DNA of 64,000 nucleotides from Odoribacter sp. OttesenSCG-928-L07. GTDB taxonomy: Bacteria; Bacteroidota; Bacteroidia; Bacteroidales; BM520. Positions 7,799 through 18,200 of this stretch are shown here, one piece after another. The position numbers and the translations under genes were made by a program. The stretch is taken from NCBI GenBank assembly GCA_030265965.1, contig JAJDHA010000003.1, positions 4,418 to 68,417 of the forward strand, read 5' to 3'. Positions within the stretch are counted from its first letter, which is position 1; each line of letters starts with the position of its first letter. The notes beneath the pieces were generated by a model. It made no database searches and was not told the DNA's origin. It worked only from the letters and a program-made list of their open reading frames with translations.

Positions 7799-9064
7799 AT
7801 GAAAAAAGTATATATAATTTCTATATTATTCCTAATCTCATTTGCTTCTACAGCACAAAATATTTCTCTAACATTTAATGTTGAAAATGCTTCTGGTAAG
7901 CATATTTATCTGACAAAATATTCAGATTATATCACTGAAATGGATGAGATTGTTTTTAGCTCAATTATCCCTGAAAACGGTATTGTAAAATGTGAAATTT
8001 CTGCAGTCAAAACTGAAAGTTATAAAATCTTGATTAATTACGCAGAAGAAAACATTTTCTTGGAGCCTAATTCTTCCTACACAATTAATGTTGCTTACCC
8101 AAAAGTTATCTCAAATATTAATCCTTTCCAAAACAAACAATATTTGATACTAAATGTTGTGTCTTCTAATAAGCACGATGTAAATAAACTGATTAACGAT
8201 TTTAATGTTGCTTATGATGATTTTCTTCTCGAAAAATTGAATTTTCTTTCGCCAAAAAATATTCTTAAAGAACATGAAAAGTTCAAACAAGAATACCTAA
8301 AGAAAAACAGCAATAAGTTTTATACAACATATGTTGAATATAGTTGCGGTTTGACAGAAATTTCACTTGTTGATAAAGTTGACAAAAGTTTTATAGATAA
8401 ATATTTTACTAATAAAGAAGTTGCGTATAATTCTCACGAATATTTTTCATTGCTTAAAGAAGTTTGTAAGCATTCAGAATATATTCTAAACGATAGCACT
8501 TCGAATAATCTTCGTTTAAAAGAAGTTGCTTATCTCTATACTCTTTTGAGAGATTATTTTGGTGACTTCTCTAAAGATGAAGTTTTGAATCTGATTAAAA
8601 GTTTCACCCATAAAGCTAAATATACTGAGTCAAAATTCTTGGGAAATAATATTCAAATTTATCTGACTCGTTACAGAAAAGGAAGCTATCTTCCTACATT
8701 GGACTTAGAAAGTGAGGTTGGCAAAAAATACGATATTACACAGTCTGGGAAGAAGATTTACCTGTTTTTTTATAATAGTAATGTTGAAATTTGTGGAGAT
8801 ATTATTAAAGAAATTGAGTCTTTGGACTTAGAAAGTAAATACAGCGTGAGTCCAATATTCATCCCGTTAGATTTTGATGTTACGACAATTTTCCCAGAGA
8901 AATCACTTGTATTAATTCCGAAAGATATTGCCAAAACACATATTGATTTAAATATTCGCAATTATCCTTTTGCAATTTTAGTTGATAATAAGGGAAAAAT
9001 TTTGCGTTACAATGCACCGGTAACAAATGCGCAATTATTAGAATATTTGAAATTGAAAGATTGA
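7799..9064 (+). CDS. Secreted hypothetical protein, possibly thioredoxin-like fold at the C-terminus with degenerate active site
   Basis: Signal peptide MKKVYIISILFLISFASTAQ. C-terminal KKIYLFFYNSNVEICGD...PFAILVDNKGKILRYN resembles a TlpA/AhpC-type layout but has a single Cys. Functional call is weak. Confidence 0.55.
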   Translation: MKKVYIISILFLISFASTAQNISLTFNVENASGKHIYLTKYSDYITEMDEIVFSSIIPENGIVKCEISAVKTESYKILINYAEENIFLEPNSSYTINVAYPKVISNINPFQNKQYLILNVVSSNKHDVNKLINDFNVAYDDFLLEKLNFLSPKNILKEHEKFKQEYLKKNSNKFYTTYVEYSCGLTEISLVDKVDKSFIDKYFTNKEVAYNSHEYFSLLKEVCKHSEYILNDSTSNNLRLKEVAYLYTLLRDYFGDFSKDEVLNLIKSFTHKAKYTESKFLGNNIQIYLTRYRKGSYLPTLDLESEVGKKYDITQSGKKIYLFFYNSNVEICGDIIKEIESLDLESKYSVSPIFIPLDFDVTTIFPEKSLVLIPKDIAKTHIDLNIRNYPFAILVDNKGKILRYNAPVTNAQLLEYLKLKD

Positions 9065-9116
9065 TGATATGATATACGGCACCAAGCCTTTTCTTGTATG
9101 CTTCAATGACGTATTA

Positions 9117-9400
9117 CATTCGTGATATTCGTGCAATTCGTGCAATTCGTGACAATTGTATTATTCGTGACATTCGTGCAATTCGTGGAAAAATGTGTAT
9201 TCGTGATATTCGTGCAATTCGTGGACAATTGTATTATTCGTAACATTTGTGCAATTCGTGGAAAAATGTGTATTCGTGATATTCGTGCAATTCGTGGACA
9301 ATTGTATTATTCGTAACATTTGTGCAATTCGTGGAAAAAATGTGTATTCGTGCAATTCGTGTAATTCGTGGACAATTACATTATTCGTGTAATTTCGTGG
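9117..9400 (+). repeat. ATTCGTGN octamer array with 73-bp higher-order repeat
   Basis: The GACAATTGTATTATTCGT landmark recurs at 9151, 9224, 9297 and 9371. It fills the gap between the convergent 7799-9064 and rsmD genes. Confidence 0.95.
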
Positions 9401-9401
9401 A

Positions 9402-9935
9402 TTACTTTTGAAAAAACGAAAAGTTTACGCGACTATAAACTCTATGATCAAAGAAATTAGGATGTTCGCTGAAATCATAATCGTCGGGATGTTCCAAAAC
9501 AAATAATCCCTCATCATTTAAAAGATCATTATCAAAAATCATTTGCGGTAATTCAGCTATTCCGGCGTTGTCATATGGTGGATCAGCAAAGATTAAATCG
9601 AACTTTTTAGAAATTGTTTGTATCAATTTATATGCATCTGTTTTGATTACAGATATTTCCGGCATATCAAGTTGTTCGGCAGTCTTTTTGATAAAATCTA
9701 TACATTTTATATTATTATCAACAGATACAACTTCCGGACAACCTCGAGAAACAAGTTCAAAAGAAATATTACCTATGCCTGCAAATAAATCCAACGCTGT
9801 TGTTTCTTCATAATCAATAATATTATTCAATATGTTAAACAAAGCTTCTTTTGCCATATCTGTAGTTGGTCGAATGGGCAAATTATTTGGCGGATTTAAT
9901 CGCCTTCCTTTATAAATACCACTTATTATCCTCAT
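9402..9935 (-). CDS. rsmD: 16S rRNA (guanine966-N2)-methyltransferase
   Basis: 177 aa. SAM motif DLFAGIGNISFE and catalytic FADPPY. Confidence 0.88.
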   Translation of the reverse strand: MRIISGIYKGRRLNPPNNLPIRPTTDMAKEALFNILNNIIDYEETTALDLFAGIGNISFELVSRGCPEVVSVDNNIKCIDFIKKTAEQLDMPEISVIKTDAYKLIQTISKKFDLIFADPPYDNAGIAELPQMIFDNDLLNDEGLFVLEHPDDYDFSEHPNFFDHRVYSRVNFSFFQK

Positions 9936-10677
9936 CAGAGATTACGATATTTGTAATATATTTCGATAATAAATCAAGATCTTTTGACTTTGGATTGATA
10001 TCTCCTGAAATAGAAATTGGAACAAAATTTCCATCTAAGTCATAATTATTAAATGCACTTAAAATAAAATAAACTATATCTTTGTCGGACTGTACTTTAA
10101 AAGAATTTGCAGCAAATATTTTGTTGTTTTTATAAATTACAATCTCGAGTATATCATTTCTTTTGTGTGCAAAAACTGATTTACCTAATATTACAGCTTC
10201 AGTAGAAACAGAATCAATAAAATTTGAAATAGAAGTTGTGAATTCAGCACCTTCAAAATTCTCTTCCAATAATTTCACAAGATCTTTGTTGAAAGAAAAA
10301 ACAACAAACATATTAGAAGATGAACGAACGTAATAAGGCATTTGATTATCATTAAGTTCCCCAAGATTGAAATTATAATAATCTGTAATATAACCCGGAT
10401 CAAAAAAATCTTTTGGGATAAAAGTAAATTTATCGGCGCAGAAAATAATTTTCTTTTTTCTGAAATTTTCTTTTAAGATATTATTGTTTTCTAGAATTAG
10501 CAAATATTGATCGGTTAATGATATTTCTTCTTTGTCTTTTATTTGAATATTTTTTTTCAATAAACAATTGTAATTCTCATCAGATACTATAAAAGAAAAT
10601 CCGTCTTTACTTAAAAAGACGGATAAATTATACTTGTGAATATAAGTGGGATCGAAGAAATTATTCCCAGTTTCCAT
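9910..10677 (-). CDS. DUF3822-like hypothetical protein
   Basis: 255 aa. N-terminal YNLSVFLSKDGFSFIV resembles DUF3822, which is commonly next to rsmD in Bacteroidota. Overlaps both neighbours (26 and 17 nt), implying one operon. Confidence 0.6.
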   Translation of the reverse strand: METGNNFFDPTYIHKYNLSVFLSKDGFSFIVSDENYNCLLKKNIQIKDKEEISLTDQYLLILENNNILKENFRKKKIIFCADKFTFIPKDFFDPGYITDYYNFNLGELNDNQMPYYVRSSSNMFVVFSFNKDLVKLLEENFEGAEFTTSISNFIDSVSTEAVILGKSVFAHKRNDILEIVIYKNNKIFAANSFKVQSDKDIVYFILSAFNNYDLDGNFVPISISGDINPKSKDLDLLSKYITNIVISDEDNKWYL

Positions 10678-11260
10678 CCGTCGATGCTTCTGTCATAGAA
10701 CCAACAAATAATCCGGGGAACAGGTCATTAACCATCAATTTTGTATCTTCATTATAGATTGTTTGTTCATCCATTCCATAAAGAATTTGAGTGTTGAGAG
10801 CAGAAGCTCTAAATACTGGAATCATTATTTTACTTTTTTCTGTGTATCCAGCTTCCAAAGTAAATACTTGACCTTCTGAATTTGGAATGTATTTTAAATT
10901 ATCAGGAATAAAGTCAGTTCTTTTACCAAAAATAGTGTCAATAATGGCAACATAACCTATTGTGTCCATAATTGATCTTGAAAAAGTTGTATCATTTGGA
11001 TCAGGAATCATTTTAACAATTGCCATTTCCCCATGTTTGATAAAATTGATAAGAGTGTCAAAAGAACCTGTGTAATGTTTGTTAACAGCTCTATATGCAA
11101 CTTCAGCTGATCTGATATCTTTCAGCTTCTGAATAGTAAGGTCATATCTGAATTTCTTTTCATTAGTGTACCTTACAGGTTCCATAATACTACGAACGAG
11201 AAAAATCGTAAGCACTACAATTACAAGCAATAACGCAATTTGGATGATAGTTTTTTTCAT
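10661..11260 (-). CDS. Hypothetical membrane-anchored protein
   Basis: 199 aa with a single N-terminal TM segment (IIQIALLLVIVVLTIFLV). First gene of the three-gene overlapping operon. Confidence 0.6.
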   Translation of the reverse strand: MKKTIIQIALLLVIVVLTIFLVRSIMEPVRYTNEKKFRYDLTIQKLKDIRSAEVAYRAVNKHYTGSFDTLINFIKHGEMAIVKMIPDPNDTTFSRSIMDTIGYVAIIDTIFGKRTDFIPDNLKYIPNSEGQVFTLEAGYTEKSKIMIPVFRASALNTQILYGMDEQTIYNEDTKLMVNDLFPGLFVGSMTEASTDGNWE

Positions 11261-11479
11261 TATTATTTATTATTATTTTATTTATTCAACTTTATTCTAA
11301 AAAATAATTATTGCTAATCTTGCAAAATAATTACAATCTGCAAAATTAGAATTTTTTTGTTTAAAAATGCAATTTTTTACAATCTTTTTTATTTGTAGTA
11401 AAATAAAAATTTAATAAACTCTTTTGTGACTAAATAATAGTGTTATGTTTTGATATGACTACCATTTGGTAATAGCTTG

Positions 11480-11522
11480 AAAAAAAAGAGGTTGCTTAAA
11501 AATAAACAACCTCTCTTTTTTA
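11480..11522 (-). terminator. Intrinsic terminator after rpmE
   Basis: Stem AGAGGTTG / CAACCTCT (11487-11494 and 11507-11514) flanked by A-run and T-run. Works in both directions. Confidence 0.7.
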
Positions 11523-11539
11523 TATATGAGAAACTATTA

Positions 11540-11809
11540 CTATTCCTTATCTTCGCGTTTGTAATGCTTTGAATATTTGTTCATGAACTTATCAACACGT
11601 CCTGCAGTATCAACAAGCTTAACTTTACCTGTGAAGAAAGGGTGTGATGTGTGAGAAATCTCAAGCTTTACCAACGGATACTCTTGTCCGTCTTCCCAAA
11701 CTATTGTATCTTTTGTTTTAGCAGTTGATTTGCTTAAAAACATATAGTCGTTAGACATATCTTTAAAAACGACTAATCTATAATCTGTTGGATGAATATT
11801 TTCTTTCAT
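11540..11809 (-). CDS. rpmE: 50S ribosomal protein L31, type B (no zinc CxxC)
   Basis: 89 aa. MKENIHPTDYRLVVFKD...HPFFTGK is typical of L31 type B. TACCTTTG box at 11845-11852 and a hairpin plus T-run downstream. Confidence 0.9.
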   Translation of the reverse strand: MKENIHPTDYRLVVFKDMSNDYMFLSKSTAKTKDTIVWEDGQEYPLVKLEISHTSHPFFTGKVKLVDTAGRVDKFMNKYSKHYKREDKE

Positions 11810-11844
11810 TATGATATAATTTTTTATTTCTTGAAATCGGATTG

Positions 11845-11852
11845 CAAAGGTA
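11845..11852 (-). promoter_or_regulatory. -7 box TACCTTTG (rpmE)
   Basis: Reverse complement of CAAAGGTA, 35 nt before the ATG. Confidence 0.5.
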
Positions 11853-11919
11853 ATATAAAAAAATTAATTAACAAGTTTTTTTTCAAAAAAATAAATTTAG
11901 ATGGTTTTATCTAAATAAA

Positions 11920-11962
11920 TTTCAACTTTCAATCTTCAACTTTCAACTATTTATTACCTTTG
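11920..11962 (+). promoter_or_regulatory. Heptad promoter cassette driving DUF2723 copy 1
   Basis: TTTCAACTTTCAATCTTCAACTTTCAACTATTTATTACCTTTG. -7 box TACCTTTG, ATG 28 nt downstream. Confidence 0.65.
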
Positions 11963-11990
11963 CTAATTGTTTTCTGTAAAAATATGACGA

Positions 11991-14900
11991 ATGAAAAATT
12001 ATAAACTTTGGAATAATGTAATAGGTTGGACAATCTTCCTTATTGCTACAATTACTTACTTCTGCACCCTCGAACCTACTGCAAGTTGGTGGGATTGTGG
12101 CGAATATATTGCAACAGCATACAAACTGCAAGTTGGCCATCCTCCTGGAGCACCAACATTCCAACTTATCGGGAGATTCTTCTCAATGTTCGCTTTTGGT
12201 AATGTGGAAAATGTTGGAATGATGATTAATGCTATGTCGGCATTATGTAGCAGCTTTACAATTCTGTTTTTGTTTTGGACGATTACAATGCTTGCAAAAA
12301 AGCTCGTTGCTCCAAATACAGATTTGAATGTTAATTTCAAAGAAAATAAAAATAAATCTCTAATTATTTTTGGCGCAGGAATTATTGGCGCACTTGCATA
12401 TACATTCTCCGATACTTTCTGGTTTTCTGCTGTGGAAGGCGAAGTTTATGCAATGTCATCTCTTTGTACAGCAATAGTTTTCTGGGCAATATTAAAATGG
12501 GAAGAACAAAATGATGATGTCGCCGCAGCAAAATGGTTGATTTTTATTGCTTATATTATTGGGCTTTCCATTGGTGTGCACTTACTTAATTTGTTGGCAA
12601 TTGTTGCTATCGGCTTAGTTATATATTACAAAAAATATAAACCTTCTGTTAAAGGATTTATTCTAACAATAATAATTTCTTTTGCAGTAATTGCCGGAAT
12701 CTTATATGTTTTAGTTCCGGTGATTGTAAGTCTTGCAGGCGCTTTCGAACGATTCTTTGTTAATACACTTGGTACGCCGTTTAATGTCGGAACAATTGTA
12801 TATTTTGTCTTACTGATTGCTTTGCTTGCTTTTTTCTGGATTTGGTCGTCAAAAAAAGGAAAATTGATTTGGAATACTATTGCAATTTCATTGGTTTATA
12901 TATTGATAGGATATTCAACTTTTTTTATTTTAGTTATCAGAGCAAATACAAATACACCTATTAATGAAGGTTCACCTTCTGATGCAATTAGTATGTTGTC
13001 TTACTTAAATAGAGAACAATATGGCTCACATCCTTTATTGTACGGAGAATATTATTACGGACCGCATTCATACAGTCCGTATGCTGTTGATGCCCAAAAA
13101 CGAGATTTGGTTTATAAAAAAGATTCACCAGTTTATGTTAAGGATTCAATTACAAAAAAGTATATTGTTACTTACGACGGATACCCGGGAACACCACAAT
13201 ACGAAAAAGATTTTTTAACTGTTTTTCCAAGAATGTGGAATGGTTCGCAACCACAATATGTTGATGCATACAAATCTTGGGCAGGAATTGATGATTCAAG
13301 ACCTAATATGCGAATAAAATATAGTGGCGAAGCTGTTTATAAACCTACTTTTAAAGAAAATCTTAGGTATTTCTTCTCATATCAAATAAACCACATGTAT
13401 GTCAGATATTTTATGTGGAATTTTGTTGGACGACAAAATGATATTCAAGGACATGGAGAAATTGAAAACGGAAATTGGAAGTCGGGAATTAATTTTATTG
13501 ATAGTGTAAGACTTGGAGATCAAAAAAACCTTCCTGATACTTTAAAAAACAATTCCGCTAATAATAGTTTCTATTTCTTGCCGCTTATTCTTGGGTTAAT
13601 AGGAATGTTTTATCATTTTAGAAAAAGTCCGCAAGGCGCTTCAATCGTTATGGCATTGTTTATTATGACCGGACTTGCAATCATTGTTTATCTTAATCAA
13701 AGACCTTTTGAGCCGCGCGAACGCGATTATGCTTACGCCGGTTCTTTTTATGCTTTTGCTATATGGATAGGATTAGGAATGATTAAAGTTGTTCAATGGT
13801 TTATGAGAATATTGAAAAACGAAAAAGCTGCATTAGCTTGTTCTTTTGTTGTTTGTATGATAGTTCCGATAATAATGGCAGCTGAAGGATGGGATGATCA
13901 TAATCGTCACGGAAAATATATTGCTCGAGATTTTGGTAGAAATAATTTAAGAGGGTGTCTGCCAAACTCCATTGTTATCTCAAATGGTGATAATGAAACT
14001 TTCCCTTTGTGGTATGTTCAAGAAGTTGAGGGATATAGAACGGATGTGAGGAATATGAATTATATGCTTGCGGGAAGCGATTGGTATTCACAACAAATGA
14101 TGAGAAAAGTGTATGATTCGGAAAGAGTGCCTTTAACATTAAAAAGAAGTGATTACTATAAAGGTGTTAACGATGCAATCGAATTTAACAATAGAAACCT
14201 CACACAACCACTCGATGTTAAGGAATTTATTCAGTATTTGGCTGATGGAAAATTGAAGATGAAAACGAAATACGGTAAAACAGTTAATTATTTTCCAACA
14301 AAAACTTTCAAATTAAAAGTTGATAAAGAGAAAGTTTTAGCTAATGGGATTGTTCCTCCGGAATTAGCTGATAATATTGTTGATGAAATAGTTTGGACTG
14401 TTAATCAAAATTATCTTGGAAAAAATGATATTCTTTTTTTCGATTTTCTGGCAAGTTTTGAATGGGATAGACCTTTGTATTTCACTAACCCGGGCATCGT
14501 TAAAGGAGTATTTAATGTCGATAAATATTGTTATATGGATGGTGTAATATATAAATTTATGCCGGTCGTTGCATCAGATTATGTTAGAAATGTAGGAGGT
14601 ATTGATGCAGCACATTCATACCAAATTTTAGTAAATGAAGCAACTTGGGGAAATCTTAATGACCCGAAAGTTGTTCCTGATACTGAAAGCAAAAGAACTG
14701 CACCTATGATGCGTCAGAATTACTTCAGACTTGCTGATGCTTTGGTTAAACAAGGACAAATGGATTCAGCAGAAATTGTTATTGATAAAGCTATAGAAGC
14801 TTTCCCTAATTCGCAAATACAATTTGAAGCCAGTACGTTAAGTTTTGCTGAAATCTATTTGAAATGTGGTAAAATAGATAAAGCGATGGAAGTTATGAAT

Positions 14901-15101
14901 ATTCTTCATGATAAGTATTATAGTGAAACGATGTATTATATTGGATTAAAACCTAAGTTTTACAATAATTATAAATCAGATATTCAGTATAATATTAGTG
15001 TTTTGTATCGACTTTATTTGTTTGCTCGAGATTATCATTTGGATGATCTAAAAGAACAATATTCAAAAGAGTTAGACCCACTATTGAAGTTGGTTAATTA
15101 G
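11991..15101 (+). CDS. DUF2723 (TMEM260-like, GT-C fold) polytopic membrane protein with C-terminal TPR-like region, copy 1
   Basis: 1036 aa. Many TM helices. First loop EPTASWWDCGEY...GHPPGAP is typical of DUF2723. Preceded by a heptad promoter cassette. Confidence 0.75.
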   Translation: MKNYKLWNNVIGWTIFLIATITYFCTLEPTASWWDCGEYIATAYKLQVGHPPGAPTFQLIGRFFSMFAFGNVENVGMMINAMSALCSSFTILFLFWTITMLAKKLVAPNTDLNVNFKENKNKSLIIFGAGIIGALAYTFSDTFWFSAVEGEVYAMSSLCTAIVFWAILKWEEQNDDVAAAKWLIFIAYIIGLSIGVHLLNLLAIVAIGLVIYYKKYKPSVKGFILTIIISFAVIAGILYVLVPVIVSLAGAFERFFVNTLGTPFNVGTIVYFVLLIALLAFFWIWSSKKGKLIWNTIAISLVYILIGYSTFFILVIRANTNTPINEGSPSDAISMLSYLNREQYGSHPLLYGEYYYGPHSYSPYAVDAQKRDLVYKKDSPVYVKDSITKKYIVTYDGYPGTPQYEKDFLTVFPRMWNGSQPQYVDAYKSWAGIDDSRPNMRIKYSGEAVYKPTFKENLRYFFSYQINHMYVRYFMWNFVGRQNDIQGHGEIENGNWKSGINFIDSVRLGDQKNLPDTLKNNSANNSFYFLPLILGLIGMFYHFRKSPQGASIVMALFIMTGLAIIVYLNQRPFEPRERDYAYAGSFYAFAIWIGLGMIKVVQWFMRILKNEKAALACSFVVCMIVPIIMAAEGWDDHNRHGKYIARDFGRNNLRGCLPNSIVISNGDNETFPLWYVQEVEGYRTDVRNMNYMLAGSDWYSQQMMRKVYDSERVPLTLKRSDYYKGVNDAIEFNNRNLTQPLDVKEFIQYLADGKLKMKTKYGKTVNYFPTKTFKLKVDKEKVLANGIVPPELADNIVDEIVWTVNQNYLGKNDILFFDFLASFEWDRPLYFTNPGIVKGVFNVDKYCYMDGVIYKFMPVVASDYVRNVGGIDAAHSYQILVNEATWGNLNDPKVVPDTESKRTAPMMRQNYFRLADALVKQGQMDSAEIVIDKAIEAFPNSQIQFEASTLSFAEIYLKCGKIDKAMEVMNILHDKYYSETMYYIGLKPKFYNNYKSDIQYNISVLYRLYLFARDYHLDDLKEQYSKELDPLLKLVN

Positions 15102-15161
15102 ATGAAAATTGAAAACCAGAATGTGAAATAGAACACATTCCTAAGAGTTCTGATAAAAAAA

Positions 15162-15205
15162 CTTTCAACTTTCAACTTTCATCTCTCAACTATTTATTAT
15201 CTTTG
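15162..15205 (+). promoter_or_regulatory. Heptad promoter cassette driving DUF2723 copy 2
   Basis: CTTTCAACTTTCAACTTTCATCTCTCAACTATTTATTATCTTTG, ATG 23 nt downstream. Confidence 0.65.
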
Positions 15206-15228
15206 TCAGTTTTTAGAAAATTAATAAC

Positions 15229-18200
15229 ATGATAAAGAAAAATGATTACAAATTATGGAATAACATCTTAGGATGGCTTGTTTTCCTTATTGCAACAATA
15301 ACTTATTTCTGCACTCTTGAGCCTACTGCAAGTTGGTGGGATTGCGGCGAATACATTTCAACAGCGTATAAATTGCAGGTAGGGCATCCACCGGGAGCAC
15401 CAACTTTCCAACTTATCGGAAGATTTTTCTCAATGTTTGCTTTCGGAAATGTTGAAAATGTTGCAATGATGGTAAACGTTATGTCTGCTTTATGTAGCAG
15501 CTTTACTATCTTGTTCTTATTTTGGACAATAACAATGCTTGCTAAAAAAATTGTTGCTCCTAATATAGATTTAAACGTTAACTCTCAAGAAAATAAAAAT
15601 AAATCTCTAATTATTTTTGGCGCAGGAATTATTGGTGCGCTCGCTTACACTTTCTCCGATACTTTCTGGTTCTCGGCAGTAGAAGGAGAAGTTTACGCTA
15701 TGTCATCACTTTGTACGGCAATAGTTTTCTGGGCAATATTAAAATGGGAAGAACAAAGCGATGAGGTTGCGGCTGCCAAATGGTTGATATTTATCGCGTA
15801 TATTATCGGACTTTCAATTGGCGTGCATCTACTCAACTTGTTGGCAATAGTTGCAATAGCGCTCGTTATCTATTATAAAAAATATAAACCTACTGTAAAA
15901 GGATTTATCCTTACATTATTAATTTCATTCTTAGTTATTGCATTTATTCTGTTTGCTTTAGTGCCTTGGGTTGTTAGCCTTGCCGGCGCTTTTGAGTTGT
16001 TTTTCGTTAATACTCTCAAAATGCCGTTTAATGTAGGAACTATTGTTTATTTTGTTTTATTAATAGCTTTACTTGCTTTCTTCTGGATATGGTCAACGAA
16101 AAAAGCAAAATTAATTTGGAATACAATAGCTATTTCGTTAGTTTACATCCTGATAGGTTATTCGTCATTCTTTATTTTGGTAATTAGAGCTAACACAAAT
16201 ACTCCAATTAATGAAGGTTCTCCCTCTGATGCTATTAGTATGCTGGCTTATTTGAATAGAGAACAATATGGCGAAACACCTGTTTTCTATGGTCCATATT
16301 ATTATGGCCCTTATACTTATACACCATATGCTGTTGATCAACAAAAAAGAGATTTCGTTTGGAAGGAAACATCGAAGGTTTATGTCAAAGACCCTGTTAC
16401 AAAAAGATATATTCTTACTGATGATGGAAAACCGGGAATGCGTCAATATCAAAAAGAATTTATGACGGTTTTTCCAAGAATGTGGAACGGTACTCGGCAA
16501 CATTATGTGGATGGATATAAATCTTGGGCAGGAATTGACGACAAGAAACCAAATGCACGTATGCAATATAATGGTGAAGCTGTCTATAAACCAACTTTTG
16601 CCGAAAACTTGAAATTCTTATTCAATTATCAGATAAATCACATGTATACACGATATTTTATGTGGAATTTTGTTGGAAGACAGAATGATATAGAAGGTCA
16701 TGGCGGATGTGATCATGGTAATTGGAAATCGGGTATTAATTTTATTGATAGTGCAAGACTTGGTGACCAGAAAAATATGCCTGATACTTTGAAAGATAAT
16801 CCGGCAAATAATGGTTTTTATTTCTTGCCGCTAATTCTCGGATTAATTGGATTGATTTATCATTTCAAAAAAAGTCCACAAGGCGGTTCTGTTGTAATGG
16901 CACTGTTTATTATGACCGGACTTGCAATTATTGTTTATCTTAATCAACAACCATATCAGCCACGCGAGCGTGATTATGCATACGCGGGCTCATTTTATGC
17001 TTTTACAATTTGGATTGGTTTTGGGTTAATCCAGATAGTTGAATGGTTGAGAAAAATTATGAAGAACGAAAAAGCTGTAATTGCAACTTCTTTTGTTGTA
17101 TGTATGATTATTCCGGTGATAATGGCTGCTCAAGGTTGGGATGACCATAATCGTCATGGTAAATATGCCGCGCGAGATTTTGCTGAGAATTACTTGCGAG
17201 GATGTTTGCCTAATTCTGTTGTTATTTCAAACGGCGATAATGATACATTCCCTCTTTGGTATGTGCAAGAAGTTGAGGAATTTAGAACCGATATTAGAGT
17301 GATGAATTATATGCTTTCCGCAAGTGATTGGTATGCTCACCAAATGATGCGTAAAGTCTATGATTCGGAAAGAATCCCTTTAACCCTTAAAAAAGATGAT
17401 TATAACAAAGGTGTTAATGATGTCGTTTATTTTTATGATAGAGGTTTGAATCAACCCCTTGATGTCAAAGAATTTATTCAGTTTTTGGCTGATGGTAAAC
17501 TGCAAACAAAAATGTCAGGAAAAACAGTAAATTATTATCCTACGAAAACTTTCAAATTAAAGGTTAATAAAGAAAAGGTTCTTGCTAATGGAATTGTTCC
17601 GCCTGAATTGGCTGATCAAATAGTTGATGAGATCGTATGGACAGTTAATCAAGGTTATCTTGGCAAAAATGATATTCTTTTCTTCGATTTCCTTGCAAGT
17701 TTCGATTGGGATAGACCTTTGTATTTCACTAATCCTGGAATTGTCAAAGAAGTTTTTAATGTTGACAAATATAGTTATTTGGAAGGTGTTGTTTATAAGT
17801 TTATACCTATTGTTCCAGGAAATTATGTGAAAAATTTAGGAAGTGTAAATGCTGAAACTTCGTATGATATTTTAGTTAATAAGTGCAGATGGGGTAATCT
17901 TAATGATCCAAAAGTAACTCCTGATAGAGAAAGCGTTAGAAATACATCAATAGTTCGTCAAAATTATTACAGAGTTGCAGATGCCTTAGTTAAAGAAGGC
18001 CGAAAAGATTCTGCTGAAATTGTAATTGATAAAGTTCTTGAGTTTTTTCCTCATTCGCAAATTCAATTAGAACACTCATCCATTGCTTTTGCGGAAATAT
18101 ATTTGAAATGCGGCGCTACTGAAAAAGCGATTGATGTGATGAATATTCTTCATGATAAATATTATTACGAAACAATGTACTATCTTGGATTAGAATCAAA

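Noticed and set aside
9122-9355. 64-aa ORFs on both strands of the ATTCGTG array, and the 111-aa ORF 2191-2526 across the nonamer array.
   Set aside because: These are translations of tandem repeats (FVQFV..., HELHEY..., YRLYRFY...). They are artefacts of periodic sequence.
9117-9400. Possible CRISPR array, based on its regular 73-bp periodicity.
   Set aside because: The period is composed entirely of the same 8-bp unit. There are no unique spacers, no 25-40-bp repeat and no cas genes in the window.
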